This document shows, one piece after another, positions 12,932 through 25,204 of a DNA stretch of 64,000 nt. The DNA lies in NCBI GenBank assembly GCA_964016885.1, contig OZ024763.1, positions 21,328,001 to 21,392,000 of the forward strand, written 5' to 3'. Source of the DNA: Eledone cirrhosa (Eukaryota). The notes under the pieces were generated by a model. The model had not been told where the DNA came from. It made no database searches and saw only the letters and a program-made list of their open reading frames with translations. The translations under genes and the position numbers were made by a program. Each line of letters starts with the position of its first letter. Within the stretch, counting starts at the first letter, position 1.

Positions 12932-13364
12932 CGAGGATTGGCTGAAAATTTCATAGTCTATGAGACACCTGAACTGAGGGTCCGCTGTGTGAAGGGTTTG
13001 GTGTGGCCAACTGGCCCGTCCCTCTGCATAGTGGTGCCATCCAGTACCAGGCCCCAAAACTATGGCTACGCTATGAGATGGGTTAGGCTCCTCATATCGT
13101 TGTCATCCAGTACCAGGCTCGAAAACTATGGTTCCGCTGCGTAGTGGTGCCATCCAGTACCAGGCCCCAAAACTATGGCTACGCTATGAGATGGGTTCGG
13201 CTCCTCATATCGTTGCCATCCAGTACCAGGCCCCAAAACTATGGCTCTGCTGCGAGATGGGTTCAGCATTGTTTCTTTCCAGAGACAAAGTTGAAAAATA
13301 AAGCTCATTTAGTCATTCCATGAGAGTATTTTGGTCAGCCTATGATTTTTCCGGCTGACCCTCG
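12932..13364. mobile_element. Non-autonomous Tc1/mariner-type element
   Basis: TA-CGAGGATTGGCTGAAAATTTCATAG ... CTATGATTTTTCCGGCTGACCCTCG-TA; internal tandem repeats of CCATCCAGTACCAGGC; duplicated right end at ~13397-13473. Confidence 0.75.
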
Positions 13365-14160
13365 TATAATAACTGCATTATATCATTCCAAGGACTATGT
13401 TGAAAAATAAACCTCATTTGGTCATTCCATGAGAGTATCTTGGTCAGCTTATAATCTGTTCAGCTGACCCTCATATATATATATCTCCCTAGTTTTCTTC
13501 TACTTTGGCTGTCGTCCACAACAGTTCATTGTAGTTTTTATTAAATCCATATCTTCAATATGTCTAACCTATGATTCTTGCTGGTTAAACCACATGTTTT
13601 TATTTTAATTATTAGCTGCCTTTTTCTTAACTTTTATTTAACATTTTTTTTTTTTTGCCATAAAGTATTGTAAGCTTTGAAGGCAGTGAGTTGGCAGAGA
13701 CATTAGAATGTCGGATAAAATCGAACACAGCTTGGACTGGGTGCTTTTTATCGTGGCACCAGAATGACCAACTGTCAAGTTGGACTGGGCGCGTTTTCAA
13801 ACAAGCAAATATAAATCTAAAACAGATAATCTATATATAAATTTGAGCGACTTCCGTTCGTCTGTCTGTCACACAATGTCTGTGGTTGTGTGAATGTATG
13901 TGTATGTAAAAGGAAGGAAGGGGATGGGGGAAACTATAGCAAATTGCGTTCCATTTGCTACACTGTGTGTGTATATTTGTGTGAATGTATGTCTATGAGT
14001 GTATTTTTGTAAGTGTGTCTGTGTTTGGGCCTTTATATTTATATACTCATACATATAAATGTATGCACATACACACATGCACATACATATACATATATGC
14101 GTGTGTTGAAAAAAATCCTAGTATATTAAAAAGGATTATTTGCTTGTCAGTTTCATTATG

Positions 14161-14325
14161 GGTAGGTGGTGAATTGGCAGAGTCGTTAGAACGTCAGATA
14201 GAATGTTTTGTGGTATTTATTTTCGCTCTCTGTTCCCTAAGTTCAAATCTTGCTGAGATCAATTTTGCCTTTCATCCATTTGAGGTCAATAAAAAAAAAT
14301 ATTAGTCTAGTACTTAGGTCAATTC
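14161..14325 (+). mobile_element. tRNA-derived SINE (type B), decayed
   Basis: GGTGAATTGGCAGAGTCGTTAG...GTTCAAAT...TTTGCCTTTCATCC central domain. Confidence 0.7.
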
Positions 14326-14334
14326 TTCTTCTAT

Positions 14335-14760
14335 ATCTCTTTCTCCCTTCCATTCTCTCCCTTTCTCTATCTCACTTCCATTCTCTCACTATCTCTTTCT
14401 CACTTCCATTCTCTCCCTTTCTCTTTCTCCCTTCCATTCTCTCCCTTTCTCTTTCTCCCTTCCATTCTCTCCCTTTCTCTTTCTCACTTCCATTCTCTCA
14501 CTATCTCTTTCTCACTTCCATTCTCTCCCTTTCTCTTTCTCCCTTCCATTCTCTCACTATCTCTTTCTCACTTCCATTCTCTCACTATCTCTTTCTCACT
14601 TCCATTCTCTCACTATCTCTTTCTCCCTTCCATTCTCTCCCTTTCTCTTTCTCCCTTCCATTCTCTCACTATCTCTTTCTCCCTTCCATTCTCTCCCTTT
14701 CTCTTTCTCCCTTCCATTCTCTCACTATCTCTTTCTCCCTTCCATTCTTATACACTTTCT
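14335..14760. repeat. Pyrimidine-rich ~28-bp minisatellite
   Basis: Repeats of TCTCTTTCTCCCTTCCATTCTCTCACTA, inside the first copy of a local duplication (14290-14880 vs 14930-15115). Confidence 0.9.
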
Positions 14761-15246
14761 CTCTATCCTTCTCTGGAAGAAATTTGCTGTGTTCAGACAT
14801 GGAGAGGAGATGGGCTTTGCCAGGCTTAAAATTCCCAAGAAACACTGTATGTCACTACGAAACCCCTACGATTCCATCAGGAAATACTGTACCATGAAGT
14901 ACTTTAGTGTGAGACAAAAGGTTCACTGCATAAAAAAAGTACCAGTCTAATACTGGGGTTGATTCTTCTTCCATATCTTTCTCACCTCCATTCTCTCTCT
15001 CTCTCTATCCTTCTCTGTTAGAAATCTGCTGTATTCAGACCTGGAGAGGAGATGGGCTCCACCAGGTTTTAAAAAATTCCCTAGAAATGCTGAATGTCAA
15101 TGCAGTGACCCTATAACTCCCTCGGGAGTTATGGGACTATACATACATATGTACCTACATACATTTATTGTAACTTTAAACATTTTCTCTTGCTTTATTC
15201 TTGAATACTACCCATTCATACTAAAGTGTGCAGAGTGTAAATAGAT

Positions 15247-15547
<301 letters not shown>

Positions 15548-15551
15548 GTAT

Positions 15552-16097
15552 GTCCATGTAGGGGCTCCCAAAGGAGCACTGAGTGCAATGTCAACTCTGG
15601 ATGTCGGTGAGCATGTCCAGCCAACCTCAGCCTCCTCTGTGTCACTTTTGAGCTGACTTTTGGGAGGCTCCCATACAGCTCTGAGTTTTTCATCCTCAGT
15701 GTATACTGATTAATGTTCAGAGCCATCCTCAGCATTCTCGTGTAGCACCCATCCACCATCTGAGTGAGTTTCTTGGTCAGTGTCCAAGTCTCAGACCCAT
15801 ACAGCAGCACAGACTCCACTACAGCAATGAAGAGGCGGATTTTCAGGTCTCTACGAAGGTCCGACTTCCACACCGATCTCAAGCTGTGACACGCCGCCCA
15901 GGCCTTGCTCTTCCTCTCAACCACATCATCCTCCGTATTCCCAATCTTTGCTCCCACTAGAAGAGGAAGACCAAGGTTAACATATGTTGATGCCCTAAGG
16001 ACAGACACTGGTCTGTTGGAGATGCAGGATATGGAAGCGATAATGAGGGACAGAGACCGCTGGAGAGAACTCGGGAATTTTACCCGCCTTAGATAGA
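15552..16097. mobile_element. RTE-clade LINE insertion with inverted 5' segment (twin-priming architecture)
   Basis: Minus strand 15552-15940 encodes ...LLYGSETWTL...RLRLAGH...LLWEPLHG; plus strand from ~15955 continues PTRRGRPRLTYVD...DRDRWREL. Confidence 0.85.
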
Positions 16098-16103
16098 TAT
16101 GTA

Positions 16104-16147
<44 letters not shown>

Positions 16148-16243
16148 CATAGCAGCCGATGGCAACTTCTTTCTCTGCCATTAAGTGTCTTCACCTTATT
16201 TTACGAGCTATTTCATAGCATCTCCATGCATGAGTACATCATT

Positions 16244-16344
<101 letters not shown>

Positions 16345-16448
16345 GAAAGAAAGTGGTGAATGGAGGGATGTGATGCCTTGCTTAGAAGGACCCCCACCTA
16401 ACTCACGCAAGTGTGGAAAAGCAGCCTTAAAAACTATGATAATGATGT

Positions 16449-16523
<75 letters not shown>

Positions 16524-17119
16524 TATATATATATATTGAATATGCATGTGTGTCTGTTAGTGGGGAATGGGGTGGGAGGAGGTATTTCTTTGAGTTAGCT
16601 TGTGACTTAAGGTGAGTCACAAAAAAACTTAATATCTTTCTTTTTGTTTTAGTTCTGTTTTTTTTTGTCTTTTTAGTTATTTTTCACAGCAGTTCAGCTG
16701 TTTATTATATGAACATATTAAAGTAGGTTAGGGACCTCTCCCCCACCACCCACACACCCACCCTACTTTATTTATTTATTTATTTATTTATTTTAAATTG
16801 AATCTTTTCGTTTCTTCTTACTTCAATAAAAGACACTTGATTAATTTCCTCTAGCATAAAGACATTCTTTTACAAACATAACGAACATGGCGGATGATTC
16901 CTTATCCATGTGTAGTTTTTCTTTTTTTTTGTGTTGTCTCTTTTTAAAGTTTTTCTTGAGGAGGGTGGGATATTTTTTTACCTTTTTGTCAGGAGAGTAT
17001 TATCTGTACTGTAGCAGATTAGGTCATGGAGTTTCTCTTATGAAAGGCAACAATATAGATGGTAAATTATCAATTTAGTTTCTAATGAAGATTTGGATCT
17101 TTTAGTTATAGTTCAATAA

Positions 17120-17354
17120 CATAGTTGTGATAGGTGCTACATGTAGACATGTGGGGAGGGGGTGTTACATGTAGACATGTAGCTATAGTTGTGATAGGTG
17201 TTACATGTAGACGTGTGGGGATGGGTGTTACATGTAGACATGTGGCAATATGTGTTATATGTAGACATGTAGATATGTGGCAATAGGTATTACATGTAGC
17301 CATAGTTGTGATTGGTGTTACATGTAAACATGTAGCCATAGTTATGATAGGTGT
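17120..17354. repeat. ~30-36-bp minisatellite with GTTACATGTAGACATGT core
   Basis: Seen directly, ~7 units. Confidence 0.85.
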
Positions 17355-17746
17355 GACACCTACACAACCACTTTACAGTGCGGACTGGGTGCTTTTGTTG
17401 TGACATCTACACAACCACTTTACAGTGCGGACTGGGTGCTTTTTGTTGTGACATCTACACAACCACTCTACAGTGTGGGCTGCGTGCTTTTTGTTGTGAC
17501 ATCTACACAACCACTTTACAGTGCGGACTGGGTGCTTTTTGTTGTGACATCTACACAACCACTCTACAGTGTGGGCTGCGTGCTTTTTGTTGTGACATCT
17601 ACACAACCACTCTACAGTGTGGGCTGCGTGCTTTTTGTCGAGACATCTACATAACCACTCTACAGTGTGGGCTGCGTGCTTTTTGTCACGACATCTACAT
17701 GACCACTCTACAGTGTGGGCTGGGTGCTTTTTGTCATGGCACCTAC
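17355..17746 (-). repeat. 48-bp tandem array (~8 units) of the RTE 3'UTR unit
   Basis: GACATCTACACAACCACTTTACAGTGCGGACTGGGTGCTTTTTGTTGT repeats; reverse complement of the 1700-2030 type unit. Confidence 0.9.
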
Positions 17747-17764
17747 AATTATATATATATATAT

Positions 17765-17968
17765 AGAGAAATAGTTCCACAACAATTAATTCACCATTTC
17801 CAAGAACAATTTGTTTCACCTTAAATGGATCATGAGCTCGGTTTAAAAAGAGCTGATGATCCAACTCAGAAATGGTGAATTAACTGTTGTGGAACTACTT
17901 CTACTAAACTTGTCCCATGGACTGAGTGCTCTACTACTACGGATATAACCCACCAGGGTTCTATTAAT
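17765..17968. mobile_element. Fold-back HHR element with one-sided tail
   Basis: ~38-bp arms; minus-strand HHR at 17800-17841 with mutated core CTCATGA and stem III ACAAATTGT; tail AAACTTGTCCCATGGACTGAGTGCTCTACT resembles 8581-8610. Confidence 0.65.
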
Positions 17969-17980
17969 ATATATATATAT

Positions 17981-18365
17981 TCTAAATGTTTTTAATTAAA
18001 CATACAGTATATTACCAAATACATCCATTCATGTATACACGCTATTTCAGAGCACCAATCCTAATACCTAACTTTTGCTGGACTGGCAATCGCTCTGTAT
18101 AATCAGATCCTGATTATTACTGGAATTCTATAGGAATCCAGCTACTATAATTTTCGGCGGAAGCAGGGGAGTACATGGCTCTGATGAACGCCAACCAGCG
18201 TGAAACAGACTGTCAGCTTCTCTCCCTTCTGTCGCCGAAAATAAGTGACATAGTCACTACTTTAAAACTGTTAGCGTATGGTCTTCTAAATGTTTTTAAT
18301 TAAATATATGGTATATATACATACATTCATGTATGCATCGCTATTTCAAAGCACCAATCCTAATA
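17981..18365 (+). mobile_element. Retrozyme-like element: 304-bp period with ~85-bp terminal direct repeat and an intact HHR
   Basis: Direct repeat 17981-18066 / 18285-18365; HHR GGCT-CTGATGA(18181)-ACGC caacca GCGT-GAAA-CAG a CTG-TC^AGCT; stem I extends to TTTTCGGCG/CGCCGAAAA; (TA)n flanks. Confidence 0.85.
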
Positions 18366-18369
18366 TATA

Positions 18370-18725
18370 TCATCATCATCATCGTTTTACGTCCGTTCTT
18401 CCACGCTAGCATGGGTTAGACGGGTTATCTTGTTGTGGGCAGTGTCCGGTCGGCTGACGCTGTCTTGCTCATACAGGAACTGATTCTGGCTTGATTTCTA
18501 CAGCTGGATGCCCTTCCTAACACCAACCTCATTTACAGTGAGTGCTGGGTGCTTTTTTGCCATGGCACCTCCACGACCACTTTGCAGTGGAATGATAGGG
18601 ACCCCAGTCCCTATCATCTCATTTCTACAGCTGAGTAAACTGGAGCAATGTGAAATAAAGTGTCTTGCTCAAGGAAACAACACATCACCCAGTCTGAGAA
18701 TTGAACTCACAACCTTTCGATTGCA
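18370..18725 (-). mobile_element. tRNA-derived SINE with RTE tail (same family as 10420-10753)
   Basis: Near-identical reverse complement over most of its length. Confidence 0.88.
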
Positions 18726-19384
18726 ATATATAATTGGTAAAATTACCATCCCCAAATATAACAATATCTGCCTCAACTCAGAATTTCATCACCAAGAATC
18801 TTGCAAAACAAATACATAGACATAAATATTAGTTTGATTAACTAAAAAGTGTCGTCTTATTGACGTCAGAAAGAAGGACCACTTGTTTAATTAGATTTTT
18901 TTTCTTCAGATTAATCTCAACAGATTTTATCTTAGAGAGTTTTTTTTTTTTTCATTTTCACAGATGAAAGCAAAACAAAAAAATCTAGTGATAAGAATAT
19001 TAAAAATCAGATGATAACATTTTTCCTCAATAATTTGTCTATTTTTTTCTCAATATGCTGTTTCTTTTGTCGTTTCAAGAAGTTAAATTTAGTTGGAATT
19101 AGCGTAAATTCCCCCACTGAGATTCCAAAGAGACAGATAACAGCCTGTATACGTATGTTTTTTATAAGCTCACTTAAAGATCATCTTGTCTGTATTTGAG
19201 AAGGAGGGGGGCAAGGAGAGTGTCTGTATTTGAGGAGAAGGTGGAGGAGGAGGAGGAGAATGTCTGTATTTGAGAAGGTGGAGGATGTCTGTATTTGAGG
19301 GGGAAAAGGACAAGGAGGAGGATGGGGGATGTCTGTCTATCAATCCAAAGTTCAAGTGATTCAACTAAATTGATATATGTATTG

Positions 19385-19970
19385 ACATAGAGCGTTGGAC
19401 ATCATACTTTGCAGCATAGAGTTATGGCCCTATACGTTCTGAGTTCAAATTCCACCAGGGTTAGCTTTGCCTTTCATCCTTAAGGGATCGATAAAATAAT
19501 GTGTTTCTACTTTTGGCACAAGGCCAGCAATTACCCCAGTGAATTACTGGTACTTTATTTTATCAACCCCGTAAGGATAAAAGGCAAAGTTAGCCTTGGC
19601 AGGATTTGAAATCAGAACGTAAAGGGCCATAACTATATGCTGTAAAGCATAGTGTCTGACATTCTACCGATACTGCCAAAGTACCAGTAACACAGTGGGG
19701 TTGATTTAATGATCCCCCTCCCCCCCACCAAATTGTTAACCTTCAGTGGATTGGCAGTATCGGTAGAGGGTCGGATAACATGCTTTGTGGCATAGAGTTA
19801 TGGCGCTTTACGTTCTGAGTTGAAATTCTGCCGAGGTTAGTTTTGTCTTTCATCCTTACGGGGTGGGGGGTAGGGTGTCGATAAAATAAAGTACCAGTAA
19901 TGCACTGGGGTTGATTTAATTGACTTTCCCCTCCCACCAAATATCTTGTGCCTAAATGAGAAACCACTAT
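19385..19970. mobile_element. Cluster of three type B SINEs (+, nested -, +)
   Basis: Repeated GAGTTCAAAT..GCCGAGGTTA.CTTTGCCTTTCATCCTTA.GGG.TCGATAAAATAAAGTACCAG in both orientations. Confidence 0.85.
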
Positions 19971-20007
19971 CAATAATTTAGTTTGAATCAAATTCGAGAG
20001 ATATTTC

Positions 20008-20215
20008 TATCATCATCATCATCATCATTTTACGTCCGCTTTTCCCTGCTCGCAAGGGTGGGACGGGTCCTATTCAGCATCTCTCCACTTGTCACAGTCC
20101 TTCGTCATCTCCTCTGTGAGCTTCAGTGATCTGGGGTCCACTCTCACCACCTCCACCCATGTTTTTCATGGTCTTCCTCTACTGTGTCTTCCTTCTACTG
20201 GCATTTCTTGGCATT
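20008..20215 (-). mobile_element. RTE LINE 3' end (second RTE family)
   Basis: Minus strand encodes VEGRHSRGRP*KTWVEVV...EMTKDCDKWRDA with a (GAT)n tail; similar piece at 58435-58550. Confidence 0.75.
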
Positions 20216-20469
20216 TCTATAAGTATATAGAACCTGTAGAGTATTTAGAAAAAAGTTTTTGTGGGGTTTTCTTTCAAGAAATTTATTTCTGTTAAAAATT
20301 TTTCAAAATGTTTGCAAATGTTTTCTTTTAAAAAAAATCTTTAATTCCCAATTCAAGCTGTCTATGTTTTACAGATTAAAAATAAATTAATACAAAATAA
20401 AACAAATACTGAACCTTTTAAAATTATTTCCCATTCAAATTTATACATTCGGATAAATCTGCTTTTTCT

Positions 20470-20940
20470 CTCTCTCTTCTTCTTCTTCTTCTTCTTCTTT
20501 GCCTTCTTCTTCTTCTTCTTCTTCTTCTTCTTCTTCTTCTTCTTCTTCTTCTTCTTCTTCTTCTTTTTCTTCTTTTTCTTCTTTTTCTTCTTTTTCTTCT
20601 TCTTCTTCTTCTTCTTCTTCTTCTTCTTCTTTTTCTTTTTCTCTTTCTTCTTTTTCTTCTTCTTTTTCTTCTTCTTTGCCTTCTTCTTCATCTTCTTTGC
20701 CTTCTTCTTCTTCTTCTTTGCCTTCTTCTTCTTCTTTTTCTTCTTCTTTGCCTTCTTCTTTTTTGCCTTCTTCTTTGCCTTCTTCTTCTTCTTTGCCTTC
20801 TTCTTCTTCTTTGCCTTATTCTTCTTCTTCGCCTTCTTCTTTTTTGCCTTCTTCTTCTACTTCTCCTTCTTCGCCTTCTTCAACTTCGCCTTCTTCTTCT
20901 TCTTCTTCTTCTTCTTCTTCTTCTTCTTCTTCTTCATTCT
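20470..20940. repeat. (TTC)n microsatellite
   Basis: Seen directly. Confidence 0.97.
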
Positions 20941-21264
20941 TACTTATTCCTGGGAGAGTTGTGGGGTGGGGGACAGAGTCCTCAAAACACACCTACTACT
21001 TCTTTGTCCCCCCCCCCCCTCATCCTCCTCCTCTATTTCATTTTAAATAATATTTTCTATTGCAAATTAATGTAGTCGAAATTCTGGCATTGAAGTGAAA
21101 ATCCCTTTTTCCCCTTTTTGGATTCCATAAAATTGTATAACTGAAAAACAATATCCATTGATTGGAGGGAAACCTGTTATTTCCTCCTGGAGAGAGTATT
21201 CTTCTCCTTCTTCTTTAGGCCAGGTACCGTGTATTTATTTATTTATTTATTTATTTTTTATTTA

Positions 21265-21295
<31 letters not shown>

Positions 21296-22820
21296 TAAAA
21301 ATTTATTTATAATTTTTTCATTTATGTTATTATTTTTATTTGTTTTTTATTTTATATTTTTTTGTTTTATTTTATTTTATGTGATTTTGAAACATTCGGT
21401 AAACTGATAAACAGATATATGGTTGAAAAGATGGGGAGTGGGGTGGGGGGAGAGTAAGGTGGGTGGATGGATGGTTCGAAAGTTGAGAGAGAGAGGCACC
21501 ACTAGAGTAAGTTTGGTGGTGGTAGTGGTGGTGGTGTGGGAGAGAGAGAGACACATCAGTAGAATAAGCTTGGTGGTAGTGGTTGTATTTGGGGGTAGGG
21601 GAGAAATATATTTTCTCTTTCTTTTATAATGGAACTAAAATTTTACCATTTACTTTTTCATTGTTCATTATTTATATTTTTATTTTCCTAGCAAGATGAC
21701 AAAGGTAGCTTTATTTTTTAAATATATTTTTATATATTCACGCTTATTTTGTATTTATTCCACTTGATCCTACATTATTTTTTTAAATATATATATATAT
21801 ATCTTTATATATATATATATCTTTATATATATATCTTTATATATATATATATCTTTATATATATATATATAAAGATATATATATATATATCTTTTATATA
21901 TATTTATATATATATATATCTTTTATATATATATATAAAGATATATATATATATATCTTTAAATATATATATATATAATTTTATATTTATATATAGTTGA
22001 AAATGAACAAAACACAGGAGGCAATGCAATTGTACATGGTTATATATACATATACAGACAGAGAGGTTTTGTTGTGTTTTTTGTCAGTAAGGATCAAACA
22101 CATGTTGATGTTCTTGAAATAAATGTAAATGATTCTAATTTCCATCTTTTATTATTTGCAATTCTTTCCATTTTCATTCTTTTCATTTAGAATTTCTTCA
22201 TAGGACATGAATGACTGAACATCTTTACAAATTCCAAATTGACAGTTTTGAAGGTTAAACAAAAAAATTTAAATAATAATTTTAAAAAAATACATAAATC
22301 AATGCCAAACCTAATTAAGGGTCTGAAAAGAATTTTTTATTTCTATTTTATTCATATATATATATATATTTTTTGTTTCCAGATGTGATAAAATATATTT
22401 TTATGGAACAGTGTATTATTTATTTGCTGCGAATCAGCTCACATTTGATTGAGAAAATAATGACATTTCTTGATCTTTCATTCAAAATATTCAGTTTTAC
22501 TTTTTTTTTATTTTAATTTTAATTTTTCGTTTTCTTTTTCAAGACATCATGGTTCATAGTTCAAGGTGTATATTATTTTGGATAAAGAAAAGTATTTAAA
22601 AAAAAAAAATCATTCTTTTTTTTTTCTTTCTGAAGTAGATTTTTTTGGTGGGGTGTGGGTGAGTAGTGGAGGTTTGAAAGAATTCTAAAAAAAATCCTTG
22701 TTGTTTGTTTATTTAGTATTTTCATAATCAATGTATCATCATCATCCAGATTTTGATTATCATCATCATCATCATTTAACATCCATCTTCCATCTATACA
22801 GGACACAATTAATCCCTAAT

Positions 22821-22870
<50 letters not shown>

Positions 22871-23026
22871 TTTAAGGTAAGGCGACACAAACAAGAGATG
22901 GACAGTTTCCCTTCGTCAGCTGTTTACTACGGGTCACAGATGTTTGTGTCGCTCTACCTTCTAACACTTGTTATCAGTACCACACAGCCTCCCCTTCCTC
23001 AATCCATACATATATATATTTTTTAT

Positions 23027-23220
23027 TTATGTAATAAACAACACAATATAATTATTCCATTACCTAAGGTTTCACGAAGTTAGACGATTCTAACAAAAAC
23101 GCCTGACATCGCTCATCAGATGGAATAATTATATTGTGTTGTTTATTACATAATTACATAGCTCTGTACTATACATAGAGCACTCATCTTTCCTTTACCT
23201 TTTCCACGGAAATACTTAAC
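23027..23220 (-). ncRNA. Type I hammerhead enclosed by a perfect 34-bp inverted repeat, plus one-sided tail
   Basis: Minus strand TTCCAT-CTGATGA-GCGA...TCGT-GAAA-CCT t AGG-TA^ATGGAA (core 23061-23119); arms 23027-23060 and 23120-23153. Confidence 0.85.
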
Positions 23221-23256
23221 ATATATATACCGTATATATATATATATATATATACC

Positions 23257-23292
<36 letters not shown>

Positions 23293-23294
<2 letters not shown>

Positions 23295-23572
23295 TCATCA
23301 TTATCATCATCTAGTGATTATGCAGGACACAATCCCAAAGTAGGGGTGGGTCCTGTCTGGCAGTGCTCCTTAGTGTCCCACTCCATGTGTTTCTTTCTGC
23401 CCACTGGTCTCACTTGGGCCAGACCAAGTCTATCTTGATCCCCAGGGAGATCCTTCATCCAAGTCCTTTTTAGACTTCCTGGGTCTTTACTGCCTCCTGG
23501 ATCAACATACATGACTCTACTAATCCAGCCCTCACGGCACTAGACATGGCTGTACCAGCGCATGCATCTCAT
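23293..23572 (-). mobile_element. Decayed RTE LINE 3' end
   Basis: Minus strand MRWYSHV*...GSKDPGSLKRTWMKD; (GAT)-like tail. Confidence 0.65.
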
Positions 23573-24123
23573 CATGGTACACTATTTAGGATAGAGAAGA
23601 GTTTGAAAAAAAATTCTTTTTTTTTAAGTAAATTTTTAATGAGATGGGGTTGAGGAAGGATTAAAAAATTCCTTGTTTTTTTTATTTATTTCATAATTAT
23701 TATATATATATGGTTTATTTAATTATTATTTAAAATTCATTAAAATTATTTTTTTTTCTCATTCAAGACAGTCATAGTGTACACTATTTCAGAAAGAGAA
23801 ATTAAAAAAAAAATAATCATTCTTTTTTCTGAAGTAGATTTTGAGGTGGGGGTGGGGAAGGATTAAAAAATCTTTATTTTATTTTTATTTAAAATTCATT
23901 TAAAAACCATTTCTTTTTTCTTATTCAAGACATGGTTCATGATATACTATTTTGGATAGAGAGTTTAAAAAAAACCCCCAAAACATTCTTTTTTTCTGAA
24001 GGTGAAGAAGGATTTTAAAAATCCTGTTTGTTTGTGTATTTATTTCATAATTATTGTATATGTTATTTATTTTATTTTATTATATTTTATTTTATTTGAT
24101 CATTATTTCTAAAAGGGGACGCA

Positions 24124-24209
24124 GACAAGATTGTATGAAGATTGTCTTTTACAACAGGTTATGCTTTTGGATTCCTGTTATGAATCAATCTTCGTATATT
24201 AATCTTGTT
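24124..24209 (+). ncRNA. Candidate pri-miRNA-like hairpin
   Basis: ~30-bp imperfect stem (24124-24158 with 24174-24209), 15-nt loop, four G-U pairs favouring the + strand; no known miRNA recognised. Confidence 0.35.
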
Positions 24210-25204
24210 GGAATAATTTGTTTAGAAAATATGGAAAAAAAAAAACCCTTAGCCCTCCCCCTAAAAAATACACACAAAAAAACAACAACAAAGAATAACA
24301 AATAGACAAACAACAAAATAATTCAAAACCAGATTTATTTTGATTGCTTTTTATATAAAAAAGAACCATGCAGACGGAAGATGCCAACTTTTGTACTGTT
24401 GTGTGTATTTGTGTGTGAGGTGTGGGTATAGAATGATGTGTATATATTGTTTAGTTTAAGTATATGTTACCGTTATATTGATGTAGATTTTAGGCATCAT
24501 GACAAGACAAACATCCAAACATTAATAAGGGTTTTTTTTTTCTTTAAAGTGCATCAAAAGTGCATTAAAAGTGCATCTAAAGTGCATCACCAGTAAACTG
24601 TTAACCTCCTAGCCCCCCAGATATCATGTACGATGTATGAAATCGCTGATCTTCAGCATACACTGTTACATAGATCATTGACATGAGAAGTTTCCAGAAT
24701 AGTTTGAGTTTATATATTGATGTTAGGGCAATCATCATCATCATTGTTTAATGTCCATTTTTCCGCACCAACATGGGTTAGATGAGTTGTTTTGACCTTG
24801 TGAGACAAGTCAGATCAAGTGACCATATCTTGCTCATACAGAACTGTTTCTGGTGTGTATATATCATCATCACCATCATCTTTTAACGTCCGTTTTTCCA
24901 CACCAGCATGGGTCAGATAGATTTTCCTGACAGGTGACCATGTCTTGCTCATACAGATCATCATTTAATGTCCATTTTTCCACATTAGTATGGATTAGAT
25001 GAGTTGTCTCATTGTGAGACGAGTCAGTTTGGGTGCCTGTATCTTGCTCAGAGTGTGTATATATCATCATCATTGTCATCAGCGTCATCACTGTTTGATT
25101 TGTCCTGCCATTGTGAGACAATTCAGATCAGGTGACCATGTCTTGCTCATACAAAATTATTTCTAAGTTAGTTTTTATGGCTGAAAGCCCATCATAAATA
25201 CCAA

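Noticed and set aside
20362-21050. Poly-Lys and poly-Ser ORFs
   Set aside because: (TTC)n microsatellite
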